Source: Lama guanicoe (lineage: Eukaryota). From it: a DNA stretch of 64,000 nucleotides. Positions 49,321 to 61,750 of this stretch are shown in pieces (the first letter of the stretch is position 1; each line of letters opens with the position of its first letter). The notes under the pieces were generated by a model. The model saw only the letters and a list, made by a program, of their open reading frames with translations, searched no databases and was not told the DNA's origin. The stretch is taken from positions 2,625,058-2,689,057 of the forward strand of contig MU053487.1 of NCBI GenBank assembly GCA_013239625.1, written 5' to 3'. A program made the translations under genes and the position numbers.

Positions 49321-49904
49321 TTGGGGCTTCGAAGCAGCTGAGCATCTGTCTTGCAAGATTGTTGTGCCTTCCCAGAAAAGTTTTGGAATCACAGTCATGG
49401 TAGGAACCCTTCGCAGGTGCTGACTCATGACGCGCTGGCTACCTGTGCAGAGGTGCTGGAATTCTGCTGTCTGGAGAGTGGACAGAGGAGGTAGCCATGG
49501 TGCCCAGTGTTTAATAGAGCTCACCCCTGGGGTTTGCAACATTGTTAAAGAAACCTGCAGAGTCAGACTTTCTGCACAAGTCACCACCAAAATCTGAACA
49601 TTAAAAAGCATGGAACGAATTTCCCCTGTCTCAGCTCATCCCTTGGTGCGTGTGAGCCCAGGTGGCTTCTCCTACCCCTTCCTGGCTGTCCAGTGTTAAA
49701 TGCTGCAGTGTGCACAGACCCCAGGGCAGAGCGGGCCGTGTGCGGGACACCCCAGAGGCAGCCCTGCACGGGGTCCTGGAGTGAATGGTCCTGACTCTGC
49801 CTTCAGTGTGGCCCCGGTTCCCCAGCAACAACCGAATCCAGGGTTTCTGTGCCATAATGGGGCTGCCAAGATGCACAGTGGCCCTGCCTGACCCACTTCA
49901 CCCC

Positions 49905-50090
49905 CATTTAGGAGCTGTGTGTTCTTGGCAAGTTACTTCAGCTATTTGAGCCTCAGTCCCTCTTCTGTAAAAGAGAAATCATAGGGGTTTCTCCCTGCTC
50001 ACGTTGTTGGGGGATTAAATGAGATGATGTCTGCAGAGCCTGGCACATAACATGTAGCACATAGTAAACCTGGGTAAATACGAGTAGCTG
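49905..50090 (+). mobile_element. MIR SINE
   Basis: ttggcaagttactt...gagcctcagt...ctgtaaaa...ggattaaatgagatg. Confidence 0.75.
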
Positions 50091-50414
50091 TTTCTGTTAC
50101 TTTGATAGGACTTTTGAAACTAATGGTCTTCTTCCTCCTGACTCTACATGCAGGAAGAGTCTGCTTTCAGTACATTCGTGGATGCATTCATTCATTCATT
50201 CACCAAAATTTGAGCGTCAGCACTCAATACAGAAATGAATGAGTCTTGCATTAGACACTTTGTTGTCTGTGGTCTCTACGGTTTTGGTCGTGCTGTACAT
50301 AAATCTGCATTTTTTGTTTATTCATTTGCGTGTGTCAGATCCTTCCGGAAAGGATCTGAGATGGCTGTTCTAATTGGAGACCTGTCGGACTGTAAATCCT
50401 AAGAGTTTTTTAAA

Positions 50415-51180
50415 TCTTTTTTTTAATTGAGTTATAATTGATTTATAATAGTCTGTGAGTTTCAGGTATATGACATAGTGGTTCAATATTTTATAAGGAT
50501 TAGACTCCATTTAAAGTTAGTGTAAAATATTCACTTTATTCCCTTGGCTGTACAGTATGTCTCTGTAATTATTTATACACCATAGTTTGTACCTCAGTCT
50601 CCTACACTGTCTTGCTCCCTCCTCCCTCTCCTCTCCCCTCCTCCCCTGCTTAACCACTAATTTGTTCTTTATATCTGTGAATCTGTTTCTGTTTTGTTCA
50701 TTCATTTGTTTTTAGTTTTTAGATTCCAGTGTAGGTGATAACATACAGATCTTTCACTGTGACTTACTTCAGTAAGCACAGCACCCTCCAAGTCCATCCA
50801 TGTTGCTGCAAATGGCAATATTTCATTAATTTTTTTATGGCTGCACTCCATTGTGTGTATGTGTGTGTATATATATGACATCTCCCTTATCCAGTCATCT
50901 GTTGATGGACACTTAGGTTGTTTCTATGTCTTGGCTGTTGTAAATAGTGCTGCTGTGAACACTGGGGTGCATGTATCTCTTCGAATTAGTGTTTTTGTTT
51001 TCTAGGAATGGAATTGCTGGGTCTTTTTTTAGTTTTTTGAGGAAACTCCATACTATTTTCCATAGTGGCTGCACCAATTTACATTCCCCCTAATGATGTG
51101 CAAGTGTTCCTTTTCTCCAGATCGTTGCCGACATTTGTTGTTCGTGGTCTTTTTGATGACGGCCATTCTGACAGGTGTGA
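50415..51180 (-). mobile_element. L1 3' end
   Basis: tccatccatgttgctgcaaatggc...gtaaatagtgctgctgtgaacactggggtgcatgtatc...catagtggctgcaccaatttacattccc. Confidence 0.85.
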
Positions 51181-53114
51181 GGAAAACCCGAGAGTTTCAC
51201 ATGTCTCTTCCTCCCTCAGAGAGCAGGTGGGAGGCCAGTCCTTTCCTAGGGGCGCTCTGGCAGTATCCTAGGCTCCACGTAAGTTTGGGAGGTAGGTGCA
51301 CACTTCTCAGGAGCTGGTGCGAATTTTAGCAAAAAAACAACCCTCCCCCCCAAAACAAAACAAAACAAAACAAAACAGTAAATGTGAAAGTATTGATGTG
51401 TTTTTCTTAGAGAAGAAAATTTTCAAAAGAGACCAACAGGAAGGTTCCAGGACTCGGGTCTCACCGAGTTCTGCAGTTTGCTCTGCTTCTTGGATTTTAA
51501 TGTTGACTTGGTGCCCTCAGGTGGGGAAGGAAAACCTCTCGGCCCTTTGCCATGTTCCTTCCCCAGCTGCCTCCTCTCAGTGTGTCTGCCAGAACCTGAG
51601 CCCCAGGCTAGGGCAGCAACCTGTGAGGACCCTTCACTCCCTCTCTGGGCGCCTGGGGAAGGAGGAGGGGGTGCTAATTCCCCTGTAGGTGGGTCCCTGC
51701 CATTGCCTTTGTTCTTTCCCAGTTGAGAGTAGAACTCTAGCTGTTTCCTCTGGAAGTGAAGGATTTGGCATGGTCAGAGGTGGGTTTCCTGGCACCAGCC
51801 CTCCTACTGCCCAAGCCTTGGCTCCTGAGATGCAGCGGCCACGCGGTGATTTTATTCCACTCCTGTAACTGAAACGTGGGTCCTCAGGGAAGTTTGGGTT
51901 TGGGGAGCAAAATGTATGAAAGCAACCCTAATGGGTTTAAGGTTTTGATCTCCAGTTGCTGTCCGCGATCTGGCTGTAATTTTGCCCTGCGGAATGACTG
52001 CTGCGGTATTTGTGGGGAGGAAGGGAGCCTTTGAGACCATGTCAGTTCCAAGCCTTCCCCAGGGAGACAGCTGTGGTTCGACCCTTTGCTGCCACCTGCT
52101 CTCTGGGGAGCTGACCTGTGGTTTGCTCTCAGGAGGTGAGGATGGGTTCAGGGCAGGATGGACGGCCGGACAGGAGCCCTGGTAACCAGCTTCACCACAC
52201 ACAGGTCAACCAAGGAAGTGGCTGTGGTGGAAAAATGGAGGGCATTTAAACTGCCACCATAGGAGGGAGTTTGAGGGGACTGGAAGGAGTACGCCCTCTG
52301 ACTTGGATGCCCTGGGTTCAAATCCTAGCACTGCCACTTGTTAGCAGTGTGACCACCATCCCTGAGTGAAGTGGCTGACAGGGTTGCCTCGAGCAAGTCA
52401 GGCAGCCGTGAGCCTACCTGGTGCTCCGATGACCAGATGGGCGCACGTTTCCAACCAGGTGCATGAACAACTCATTAAGAGGGGCAGCACCACACCCACC
52501 ATGTGAGCATCTTAGGAAAGCAAGGAGATGATGGGTCAAAATTCGGCCTGATGGGGAGGAAAACGGCCTCCTTTTGCTCCCACACTGCCGTCTGCCCTTT
52601 GGAGCTCTCTGTCCAGGTTCTGAGCTCAGGCACCTGCAGAGCCTCACGTGCCTGTCTTTGACAAGCGAAGGCTTGTCACCAGCGAAGGCTCCCTTTTCCT
52701 CCTTTCAGGCTGGCAGGGTGGGGTGGGCAGAGGAGGGGAGTGGGCACTGTACCCACCACAGTGGGTGCTGCACTTGACATCTTACCACGCTCTGTGGGCT
52801 CAGGCAAGTTCCCGGACCTTACCTGGCCACTTGCTTTTTCATTCGTGAAGTGAGGATAGTGTTAGTACCTCCCAGAGGCTTACTGTGAAGATTCAGCACA
52901 GTTCTGCCCAGAGAGAGCCCTGCCCAACCCCTGCACACTCCCAAGTGCCCCATACAGGCTGGTGGTCCTTGTAATGAGAAACCAGAGGTCTGAGTTAACA
53001 AGGAGATGCTAAATGTCTTGGAAGTTTGCATGCATCTTTGACGGGGGATAGGAGAGGAGAGCCACGCTTCCTGGGGCATTGGTTCTCACTGGCCACTTGA
53101 ATTGCTAATCTGGG

Positions 53115-53275
53115 TAGGTGGTTCTGTAGTACTTAGATTAGAAGTCACCTGGAGAGTTTGTTAAAAGGCACTTTCTGATTCAGTGGGCTAGGGCTGGAGC
53201 CTGAGTTTCCGCATTCCTGTCAAGCTGCCAGCTGTCTTCCATGCTGTGGGTCTGAGGACCACACTTGGAGTAGCA
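53115..53275. mobile_element. MER5A-like hAT element
   Basis: gtggttct...ttagaagtcacctggagagtttgttaaaa...ttctgattcagtgg...gaggaccacacttggagtagc. Confidence 0.7.
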
Positions 53276-55889
53276 AGCAAAGGTCTGAATCAGCCTGATG
53301 ATTTATGGTAGGGAGGCTGTTGGTGGGGACACTCAGCCCCTTTAGATGGTAACTGTACGGAGGAGAGAAACATCTTACTGTCTTGTCAAGAGTGCCAGGG
53401 ATGATTTTAGAGGAATGTTTGAAGGGGCTGGGATGTCTCTTTATAACTCAGTGCGAGAGAAAAAGCAGATGGCATCTTTTCAGTGGCATGTCCTGAACTC
53501 TCTGGGTCCTTGTCCTCTCTCTCTCTCAGGATCAGCCTGGCAGACAGCCAGCTGAATTAACTTCAGAGGAGGCAAGCTCATCGGCTGGCCTGTGGCGCAG
53601 TCCTGCTGGCCAGCAGCCTAGGTAAAGAGCAGCGCCAGGCTGCAGAGGAAGCCACGATGTTCTGTAAACACAGAGATACAGGCTCGGCCTCCAGTGTGCC
53701 ACCCCCCAGTGAGTGCCATGCACGTGAGTGCACACAAGCCCCCTTATCTCTTGCTTCATTTTCCATGACACAGGATTTAGGGAAAAGACCTCATCGGAGC
53801 AGCTAATTAAGAGTTTGAACCAGACGGTTACTATCAGTGCTTGGTCAGCCATTGTTGGAACAGTTGGGTACCTTGGACTTGGAAGGAAAACATAATTCAG
53901 TAGACTGTAGATTTTTCGTCAGTTTCTGCCCGCACTGTCTCAGCTCTAGGCTGGGAGAAGCCGTGCTGGGGTTCAAGCTGTCCAGGATCCTTCCTGCCTG
54001 GATCCCTGTGTATCTGTTAATCTGGGGCAGCGGCTCTCTGGGGGAGGTCGTGTTCCAGTGCCAATTTGGGACACATGATAGAGAAACAGTCCATTTTTTT
54101 CCTTGTAGCCATTTCTCTTCCTTTGTACACGATGAATTCTCCCCCTTGTTTAGGTCTTGTGGTTTTTGTAGTGTGAATTACAAGTGGCATTTATTCACCG
54201 TCCTGATACAAATTAGGAGTTGGTGGGAATTCTTGGACCCGGCCCTGTCTCACGGGGCATTTTGAGTGAAGGAGGCATTTCATGTGCTCCACCTCCTCCA
54301 ACCTGACGTGTGGGAAGGCGGTGGGTGTCTCCGCAGTTTCCATCTGTCAGACTGCTAATTCTTTTCAACTGTGCAAACACCCCAGCATTAGAGAGAGCCC
54401 CCCTTGGCTTGCCCTGAGGGGCTCTAGAGCTCAGCCCCAGGAGCGAGGGGAAAATTAATCCCTTAGTGTGGCTTTCTTTTCCCCGGGGTTCCATTCTGTG
54501 TGTCATCCTGCATTTGAGTGAGAGCAGCCACGGGCTGGCCAATCTGCCCTCGTATGGGTGACAGAGGCAGTGTGGTCTGCTCGGGAAGGTGCTTGCCGCG
54601 ATTTCCAAAGTGGATTCTGGCCCTGTGTCTGCTTGGGGATTCTGCTGCTGTGGTGGTGAGCTGCAGCTAGGAGCTGCCTGGGGAGCCCCTGGGGGCACAG
54701 ATCCCTGGGGTGTTACTGAGGGGGCCCCGGGCAGCTTGGCTGCCATCAGTGTTGGGGGCCTAGCTCCTCTCAATCCCAGGAGCTTGTGATTTGTTTGCTC
54801 ATGGAATCAGATACAGACTCTCTAAGACTGACCTGGAAAGAAAGGCTCCAGGAAGGAGACCCTTCACATACTGGAGGTTGAAGGATTGGGCTCAGAGGCC
54901 GTGGGAGTGAAGGTGGGACCCATACGCCTTCTTGTGAACCTGACACCATGTCTCTGAGCCATTTGAGGGTGGTGTTCCTTGTGGTATCTGCCAGCCTTTG
55001 CTGAAGGTCTGGCTGAGGGTCTTAGACCTCTGCTGTCTGTTGTGTAGATCTCCACCCCTTCGCTCAGCTGGAGTGTCCTCGGTGTGGGGGCAGCGTCATT
55101 CTGAGGCCGGGGCAGGGGTGAGCGTTGAATATCCCAAGATGAAGGTGGTTTTCAGAACAAAGTGAAGGGAGCCTGGGTCAGCTTTCTATGTCCCCAGGGA
55201 GGCTGTTTAGGGTCCTTTTAACCTGTGCTACATGCCTTTTCCAGAGATGCATGGCGAATAACGCTTTCCATTCCAAGGCAAGTGGGAGATACCTTATTTC
55301 ATCACACGCTTGATACCCTGGAAAAGTGAATCGCATCTCCTCTCTGGGCTTCTGGAGATACAGGGCAGCTCACTTCCCCATTGGGCAGTGGGTCTGCATT
55401 GTCTACTCTGAACATCAGTGTGGATTTTGTTGAGTCTCATTGTGCAAGTCTCTGTATCTCAGCACCAACCATGCCTGACTGGTGGCGTTTAGTCTTTGCT
55501 GTAGCTCTTCAGTTGATTACTTTCTGGAAACAGTGCATGAAACTGTAGGTAGGAGGGGAACCAACTGCTGTTCTGCCGTGCTCTGTGCCCAGTGTGTCTC
55601 TCTTTGTTGCCCTGGCACGTCCTGCTCTTTTCCTCCAGCAGGAACGGGGCCTGCTGCTTGTCTCCTGGGCAGCTTTTCAGTTCAGGATGAAGGATGCAGA
55701 GCCGCATCCTTGCCCTGCTGGCAGGCAGACTGTTCTACCTCTGCTTTGCACTGGAATGGAGGGTGAGGGTCATAATTCCACATTGCTGCTGCTTCTGGTC
55801 TGTTACCCCTACATGTACGTGTTGTGTGTGGCGTGGAGGGGCACGAGGGGGACACAAGAGAGATGGCATTTCTAAATTTCTAATTTTTT

Positions 55890-56880
55890 ATTAAATTAAA
55901 AAAATTGAAGTGTATCACATCCAGAAAAGTGCCCATATCATATATACAACTGAATAAATTTCCACAAACTTGTGTAAACACCTCTCTAGTTGAAAAAATA
56001 GAACACTATAAGCATATCCCTCCAGAAGCCCTTCTCCCTGGTTACCACCCCCTACCTGCTCCCCAGAGGTCACCGTTATCCTGACCTCTAACACCACTGT
56101 TAGATTGCACCTGCTTCTGAATGTCAGGTAGATGGAATTAGGCAGTGAGTACTCACCCCTGTTCCCGCCATCTTTTGCTTAGTGTTTGTGAGATTCACCC
56201 ATGAGGCTGCAGCTGAATGCTCATTGATTTTCCTTCTTTTTTTTAAACATTTTTTTATTGAGTTATAATGATTTTACAATGTTGTGTCAAATTCCAGTGT
56301 AGAGAACAATTTTTCAGTTATACATGAACATACATATATTCATTGCTGTGTGGCATCCTGGTTCTCCACCACCGTTGACTTAAGCGCCCTGTCATTGATG
56401 CGTACTGTATTTGGGTTTCTTCTAGTTTGGGGCCATCACATACCCAGCTGTGAACATTTTGTGTGTGTCTCCTGTAGATGTACATGTGTGTTTCTGCCGG
56501 GTGCGTTCCTGGGAATGGAGTTGCTGGGTCCCAGGGTAGGCACTTGCTTAGCTCTCTTAGAAACTGTTGAATAGTTTTCCAAAGCAGTTGTGGTGGTTGA
56601 CGCCGTCCCCAGCAGAGTGTGAGGGTCCCAGCTGCTCCACGTCCTGGGCGGCACTTGGTGTTTTCTGCCTTTGGGGTTTTAGGCTTCTAGTCGGTGTGAA
56701 GTGGTATCTCATTTGGGTTTCTCTGATAACTAGTTGAAGTTTATTGGCCATTTGGTCATCTTCCTTCATCAAGTATCTGTTAAGTCCATTATCCTTTTGG
56801 TTTGTCTGTATTTTCCTTATTGATTTGTAGGACTTCTTTATACTTTGTAGATAGGAGCCCTTTGTGGGTTTTACATGTTC
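55890..56880 (-). mobile_element. L1M 3' end containing a younger L1-tail insertion of about 105 bp (about 56235-56340)
   Basis: Old L1 3'UTR motifs interrupted by ttttaaacattttttattgagttataa...acaatgttgtgtcaaattccagtgtag...catacatatatt. Confidence 0.7.
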
Positions 56881-57107
56881 CCAGCCATACTCAGGTTTTC
56901 TCCAGGCACGTTAAAATTGTAGCAGGTTCACTGTAGGAGGTCCTCCCTCTAGCCCCCACCTCCCCCCGCCACACTGTGTAATGCTGGTGTACGGTTTCCC
57001 AGTGAGCATTTAGACAGCCCAGCCGTGGCTGGGTGACAATTTAACCATTGGCTGCCCCTTTCCTGGTACTGGGTTGTGACCGAATGCCCTTTCTTCTTGA
57101 TGTGCAG

Positions 57108-57235
57108 GGTCCTTGTGGGTGCACCAAAGGCGGATTCCAAGTATAGCTCTTCGGTGAAGTCCCCTGGGGCTGTATTTAAGTGCCGAGTCCACACCAACCC
57201 TGACCGGAGATGCACCGAACTGGACATGGCTCGAG
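57108..57235 (+). CDS. ITGA9: ITGA9 coding exon 2 (128 nt)
   Basis: TGCAG| acceptor. (W)VLVGAPKADSKYSSSVKSPGAVFKCRVHTNPDRRCTELDMAR(G) contains the FG-GAP GAP motif. Donor G|GTGGGT. Phases are compatible with exons 1 and 3. Confidence 0.97.
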
Positions 57236-57337
57236 GTGGGTGGAAGTTCACTGCCAAGGTGGAGATGGGTACTGTACCCTCACACTTTGCTTTTTTCTTC
57301 ACTTTGCTTTTTTCTTCCTGATCATTCATCTACTTGT

Positions 57338-57428
57338 CTGTCCTTCCGTCCGTCCTTCCTTCCTTCCTTCCTTTCTTTTTTTCCCTCCCTCCCTCCCTTC
57401 CATCCACCCACCCACCCATCCATCCATC
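57338..57428 (+). repeat. Compound (TCCT/TCCG/CCAT)n simple repeat
   Basis: Seen directly downstream of exon 2. Confidence 0.8.
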
Positions 57429-57959
57429 ACATATTGAGTACCTGTTTTTCCCTAAGCACGGCAGTACACCACGCACATATCCTACTATCCTGGGCCTTAT
57501 AAATTAGTAGGCAAAAGAGACATCAGAATAAATAATTGGGAGAAGATCAGAGGGGAGGTGAGTAGATCTAATCTAATTAGTAGAGTAATCTAATCTAGAT
57601 TGGAGGGTCTGGGGAAAGGACTTTTACACATGATTGGAAAGATGCCCAGCAGTCAGCTGGGCAGGTGCAGGAGGCAAAACCTCCAGGTGGAGGAAAGTTT
57701 GTGCCATTTAAAAATTCAGAGTGAGGACAGCGTAGCTGGAGAGGTGAGCAGGTGAGTGTGAAAACAGAGGAGGTTGGCGAGACAGACTGGGCCAGACCAC
57801 GCAGTGCCTGGAGGGCCGGGGTGAGGTGTTGGGATTCTATTCTGGGTACAAGGGGTGAGACCGTTACAAGCAGTGTTAGGTTTTATGTTTTAAGTAGGGA
57901 GAGGTATAATTGAGGGATGTTTTTAAAAGTGCACTTGATCTGCTGGAGAATACGTCATC

Positions 57960-58170
57960 TTTGGAATCAGATGGATCTGCCTGGGGTCAGAGCCCAGCGC
58001 TGCCAGTTACTAGTGGGGACTTACTGGGATTGTCCCACAGCCTCTTTGGCCTCAGTTTCCCCACCTGTAAAATCAGAATGAAGACAGCTACGTCACAAGG
58101 ATTACCTTCAGAAGATTAATGAGATAATAGAGATGAACACAGAACTGGGTCTGGCACATAGGTGTATCAG
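57960..58170 (+). mobile_element. MIR SINE
   Basis: tttggaatcaga...ggcctcagtttccccacctgtaaaat...gattaatgagataa. Confidence 0.8.
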
Positions 58171-58676
58171 TTGTATCAATGATGTCAATGTTATATCAAT
58201 TTTATCAATAAATGGGAGCTATTATTATCAACAAATAGGAGCTGTTAAGTGTAATCATCACTTCAAGTTCTCACTTTCTCCAAAGTCCTTTCCCATCAAG
58301 AGCTTCTATTATTTTTTTTTTTTAAATGAAGAATTGTCATGATTTTCTTTAGCAGGGAAGGAGAGGTGTCCATGGCGTTGTCTAGGGCTACTCAAAGTGA
58401 CTGGTTTACACGTCGTTTGTTACTGGCGCATAACAAACTAAGGAGCTTACTTCACAATGTAAATCAATGCATTGCTTCCTTTGTTGAGAAAGTCTAGCTA
58501 TGAAAAAAAAAGTGGCTGGGTGAAACCAGCATCCAAGGTGGAGGAGCTGACTGACATTTTGCCTTCTTTACTCACATGTTTGCTGGTAACAAACATCTGG
58601 GTTGTACACTGCCCTCTTCAGCAGGCAGCGGAAGATCTTCCTCAGAGCAAGCCCGGCTTTTCTCTTTCTCCTCTAG

Positions 58677-58783
58677 GGAAGAATCGGGGCATGCCCTGTG
58701 GGAAGACCTGCCGAGAAGACCGGGATGATGAGTGGATGGGGGTGAGCCTGGCCCGGCAACCCAAGGCTGATGGCCACGTGCTG
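58677..58783 (+). CDS. ITGA9: ITGA9 coding exon 3 (107 nt); the gene continues beyond the window
   Basis: Pyrimidine tract plus CTAG| acceptor. (G)KNRGMPCGKTCREDRDDEWMGVSLARQPKADGHVL. Donor CTG|GTAAGG. Confidence 0.97.
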
Positions 58784-59059
58784 GTAAGGCCTCCTGGGGA
58801 TGCCGTGGGGAGGGGTGGCACCCTGGAAATGATGACCTTGATCCCTTAGGAAAACTGAACGGCAGGTCGACAAGGGCGTGGCTTTGAGGTTGCCTGTCTT
58901 GGACTTCTGCTTGGACAAAGCATTATCCTTTTATTTTCTTCATCTGTCGAAATTTAGTAATATCTGTCCCAGGGTGCCGAGATGGGGCTACTGAAAATGA
59001 CCAAATGTATGTGAAAAGAGCTTCGTAAATCTCATTCATTAAGTATTTTCTTGTGGGTG

Positions 59060-59440
59060 TCTTTTAAAACTGAAGTACAATTTACATGAAATGCACAGAT
59101 CCTAAGGTTGCAGTTGGGTTTTGACATCTGAACACACTTGTGTGGCCAGCCACCCCTCGAGATACGGAATATTTCTATCATCCCCAAAAGTTCCCTTACA
59201 TTCTTTCCAGCCAACTCCTTCCACTTCAAGGCAACCACTGTTAGGGTTTATATCAATTACGAGTTAATTTTGCTTTTTCTAGAACTTCACATGAATGGAA
59301 TCCTGCAGTGTGTGCTCTTACGTATAACACTTTTTTTCCTATTCAAAATAATACTTTTGAGATTAATCCATATTGTGTGTATCAGGGCTTCTTTCCTATT
59401 TATTTCTACACACTATTCTGTTTTATCAAATTTGTACACA
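59060..59440 (-). mobile_element. L1M 3' fragment
   Basis: tgaagtacaatttacat...tctagaacttcacatgaatggaatcctgcagtgtg. Confidence 0.7.
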
Positions 59441-59569
59441 TTGTTTCAAAATAGTCATTTATTTGCCTCCTAAAGTGCATATATGATCTATTCTGATGCT
59501 TTCGGTGCTTCGAGGGAGATGGAAAGAAGTGTTTGCCCTTGAGACTGGCAGTTTCCTACAGCAGCCCCA

Positions 59570-59740
59570 AAAGGCAGTCACCAGCCATGTGTAGTTACTT
59601 AAATTGATCAAAATTAGGTTAAAAATTCAGTTCAGTCACACTAGACACATTTCCAGTGCTCCAAAGTCACGTGTGTGCTGGCGGCTGCGTTGGACGGTGC
59701 AGAGGAAGCATTTCCGTCATTGTTTTGCGGACACAACACA
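59570..59740. mobile_element. MER3/MER33-like hAT element
   Basis: ccagccatgtgtagttact...aaaattcagttcagtcacactagacacatttccagtgctc. Confidence 0.7.
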
Positions 59741-60902
59741 ACCTCTAACTGCCCCAGAGGTCTTAATTTGTCCATTTTTGCCTTTTTCTTTGACACTGGA
59801 GGTGTGACACTCAAGTACATAGCCTGCACATTCTCGGTGGAGAGCTCGGTGGGTGTTTTCATTGCCCTGTAAGCCATGCATCCCCACTGCGAACCCCTAG
59901 AATTTTCCCAGTCCCCCCTCCCCCCTGAGATAACCCACATTCTGACTTCAGAGGCCTTTTCTTGGAAGCTATGTGAAAGTTTTTGTTGTAAAAGCATGAG
60001 ATCAAGAAGGGAAGATAACAGCAGCTGCCGCTTACGGGGGGCTTGCTGTGGGCCACGTGCTGTAAAGCGGACGGTTTCACACATTTATCCCCTAGCGATG
60101 CAGATTTTCCTGAAGGTTGGAAGCAGCGTTTCTGCCCATCCCCTCCCTGAGGAGCCTGTTTTCTGTTGGACTTCTCCATGGCATTGGCTGTTCATCTGAA
60201 TTCCATCTGCCTTCCCAGCACCAGTTAAGCATCTCCCTGAGTCAGGCCCCTCTGGGGAGGAAGGAAGCAGCTGGATGCTGTCACCAGCGTTGCAGGGCCC
60301 CCCTCTGCTGGACCCCATCATAGGTCCTGTTGAGGCCCCCACCCACCGTCTGCCTTGGTTTCCAGTCCTTTAATCACTGTCGCCCGCCACCCTGGACCCT
60401 CTCCAACCTCTGTGTCCCTCCCAATGCAGTGGCCTGACCCTGAGTGCGTGACCAGCCTCAGGAGGGCCAGTGTGCTCGCCCGCCGTCTGTGGGAAGGAAC
60501 GGAAGGCACCGACCCATCTGTAAATCAGGGCGGCCCGGAGTCGCGATGCAAAGCGGAGGAAGGGGTTCCCAGAGCACTGAACCCACATCCCGAGGTTGCT
60601 CCTGGGAGAACACTTCCCCTCCCCTTGGAAGGATGACCTCTGTGTTGCCGAGAGCTTGTTTGCAGTGGTTCTGCTTTATTGCAAGTCAGTGTCAGGAGGG
60701 GGCCATCTCGGGGGATGTGAACGGCAGTGAGGACCACGGGGACAGCCGAGGAGGCAGAGCTGGAGCGTGGGTACCAGTGGTGCTGTGATAACCCTGCCCT
60801 AATTCATTGTGCACAGAGCGATAACTGCATCGTCCGTTCAGTAAGCCACTCTGGACTCTGGGGAAAGAGGGACTTGCAGCAGCATCTGCTTTCCTCATGG
60901 TC

Positions 60903-61750
60903 CTTTTTTTTTTTTTTAAATATTGTGGTGAAAAACAAATTAAAATTTACCATCTTATCTACAGTTCAGTGTGCAGTATAGTGACATTAACTACATGCAC
61001 GTTGTTACAGCAGATCTCGCTCACTTTTCCATTTTGCAAAACAAACTCTAAACCCATTGAACAATGACACCCCTTTCTTCCCAGTCCCCGACCACTGTCT
61101 TTTCTTAAGAGTTTGGCTACTTTACCGACTGCATGATTCCGTATGTATGAGGCATCTGTCTTCTTGCAACCGGCTTATTTCACTCAGCGTGGCGTCCTCA
61201 GGTTTCATCCATATTGTAGCGTATGACAGGACTTCCTCATTTTTTAAGGCTAAACAATAGGTCACTGTGTGTACATACCACATTTTCTTTATCCTTTCGT
61301 CCACTGATGGGTATTTGGGTGGCTTCCACCTCTTGGCTATTGTGAATATTGCTGCTGTGAACATGGGTGTGCAAATCTCTCCTCGAGCTCTTATTTTCAG
61401 TTCTTTTGTATTTAAACCCAGACGTGGGATTGCTAAATGCTTTTTAATTTTTTTAGGAACCGCTCTACTGTTTTTCACAGTGGCTGCCCCATTTTACGTC
61501 CCTACCAGTGTGTGCATGAGAGGAGGGTTCCAATTTCTCCACATCTTTGCCGACAGTTACCTTTTTACAGTGTCCGTCCTCATGGGTGTAAGGTGGTAGC
61601 TCACTGTGGTTGTGATTTGCATTGCCCTGATAATTAGTGATGGTGAGCATCTTTTCATGTGCTTGTTGGCCATTTGTATGTCTTCTTTGGAGAAATATCT
61701 GTTCAAGCCCTTTGCTTATTTTTAAATAGGGTTGTTTTTCGTTGAGTGGT
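60903..61750 (-). mobile_element. L1 3' end including ORF2 C-terminal remnant
   Basis: Minus ORF ...CTPMFTAAIFTIAKRWKPPKYPSVDERIKKMWYVHT is the L1 ORF2 C-terminus. Confidence 0.9.

Noticed and set aside
54213..54773. 186-aa antisense ORF in ITGA9 intron 1
   Set aside because: Near-cognate start, low-complexity composition, no recognisable domain or exon signals.
61122..61478. 118-aa ORF with protein-like composition
   Set aside because: L1 ORF2 C-terminal remnant, not a host gene.
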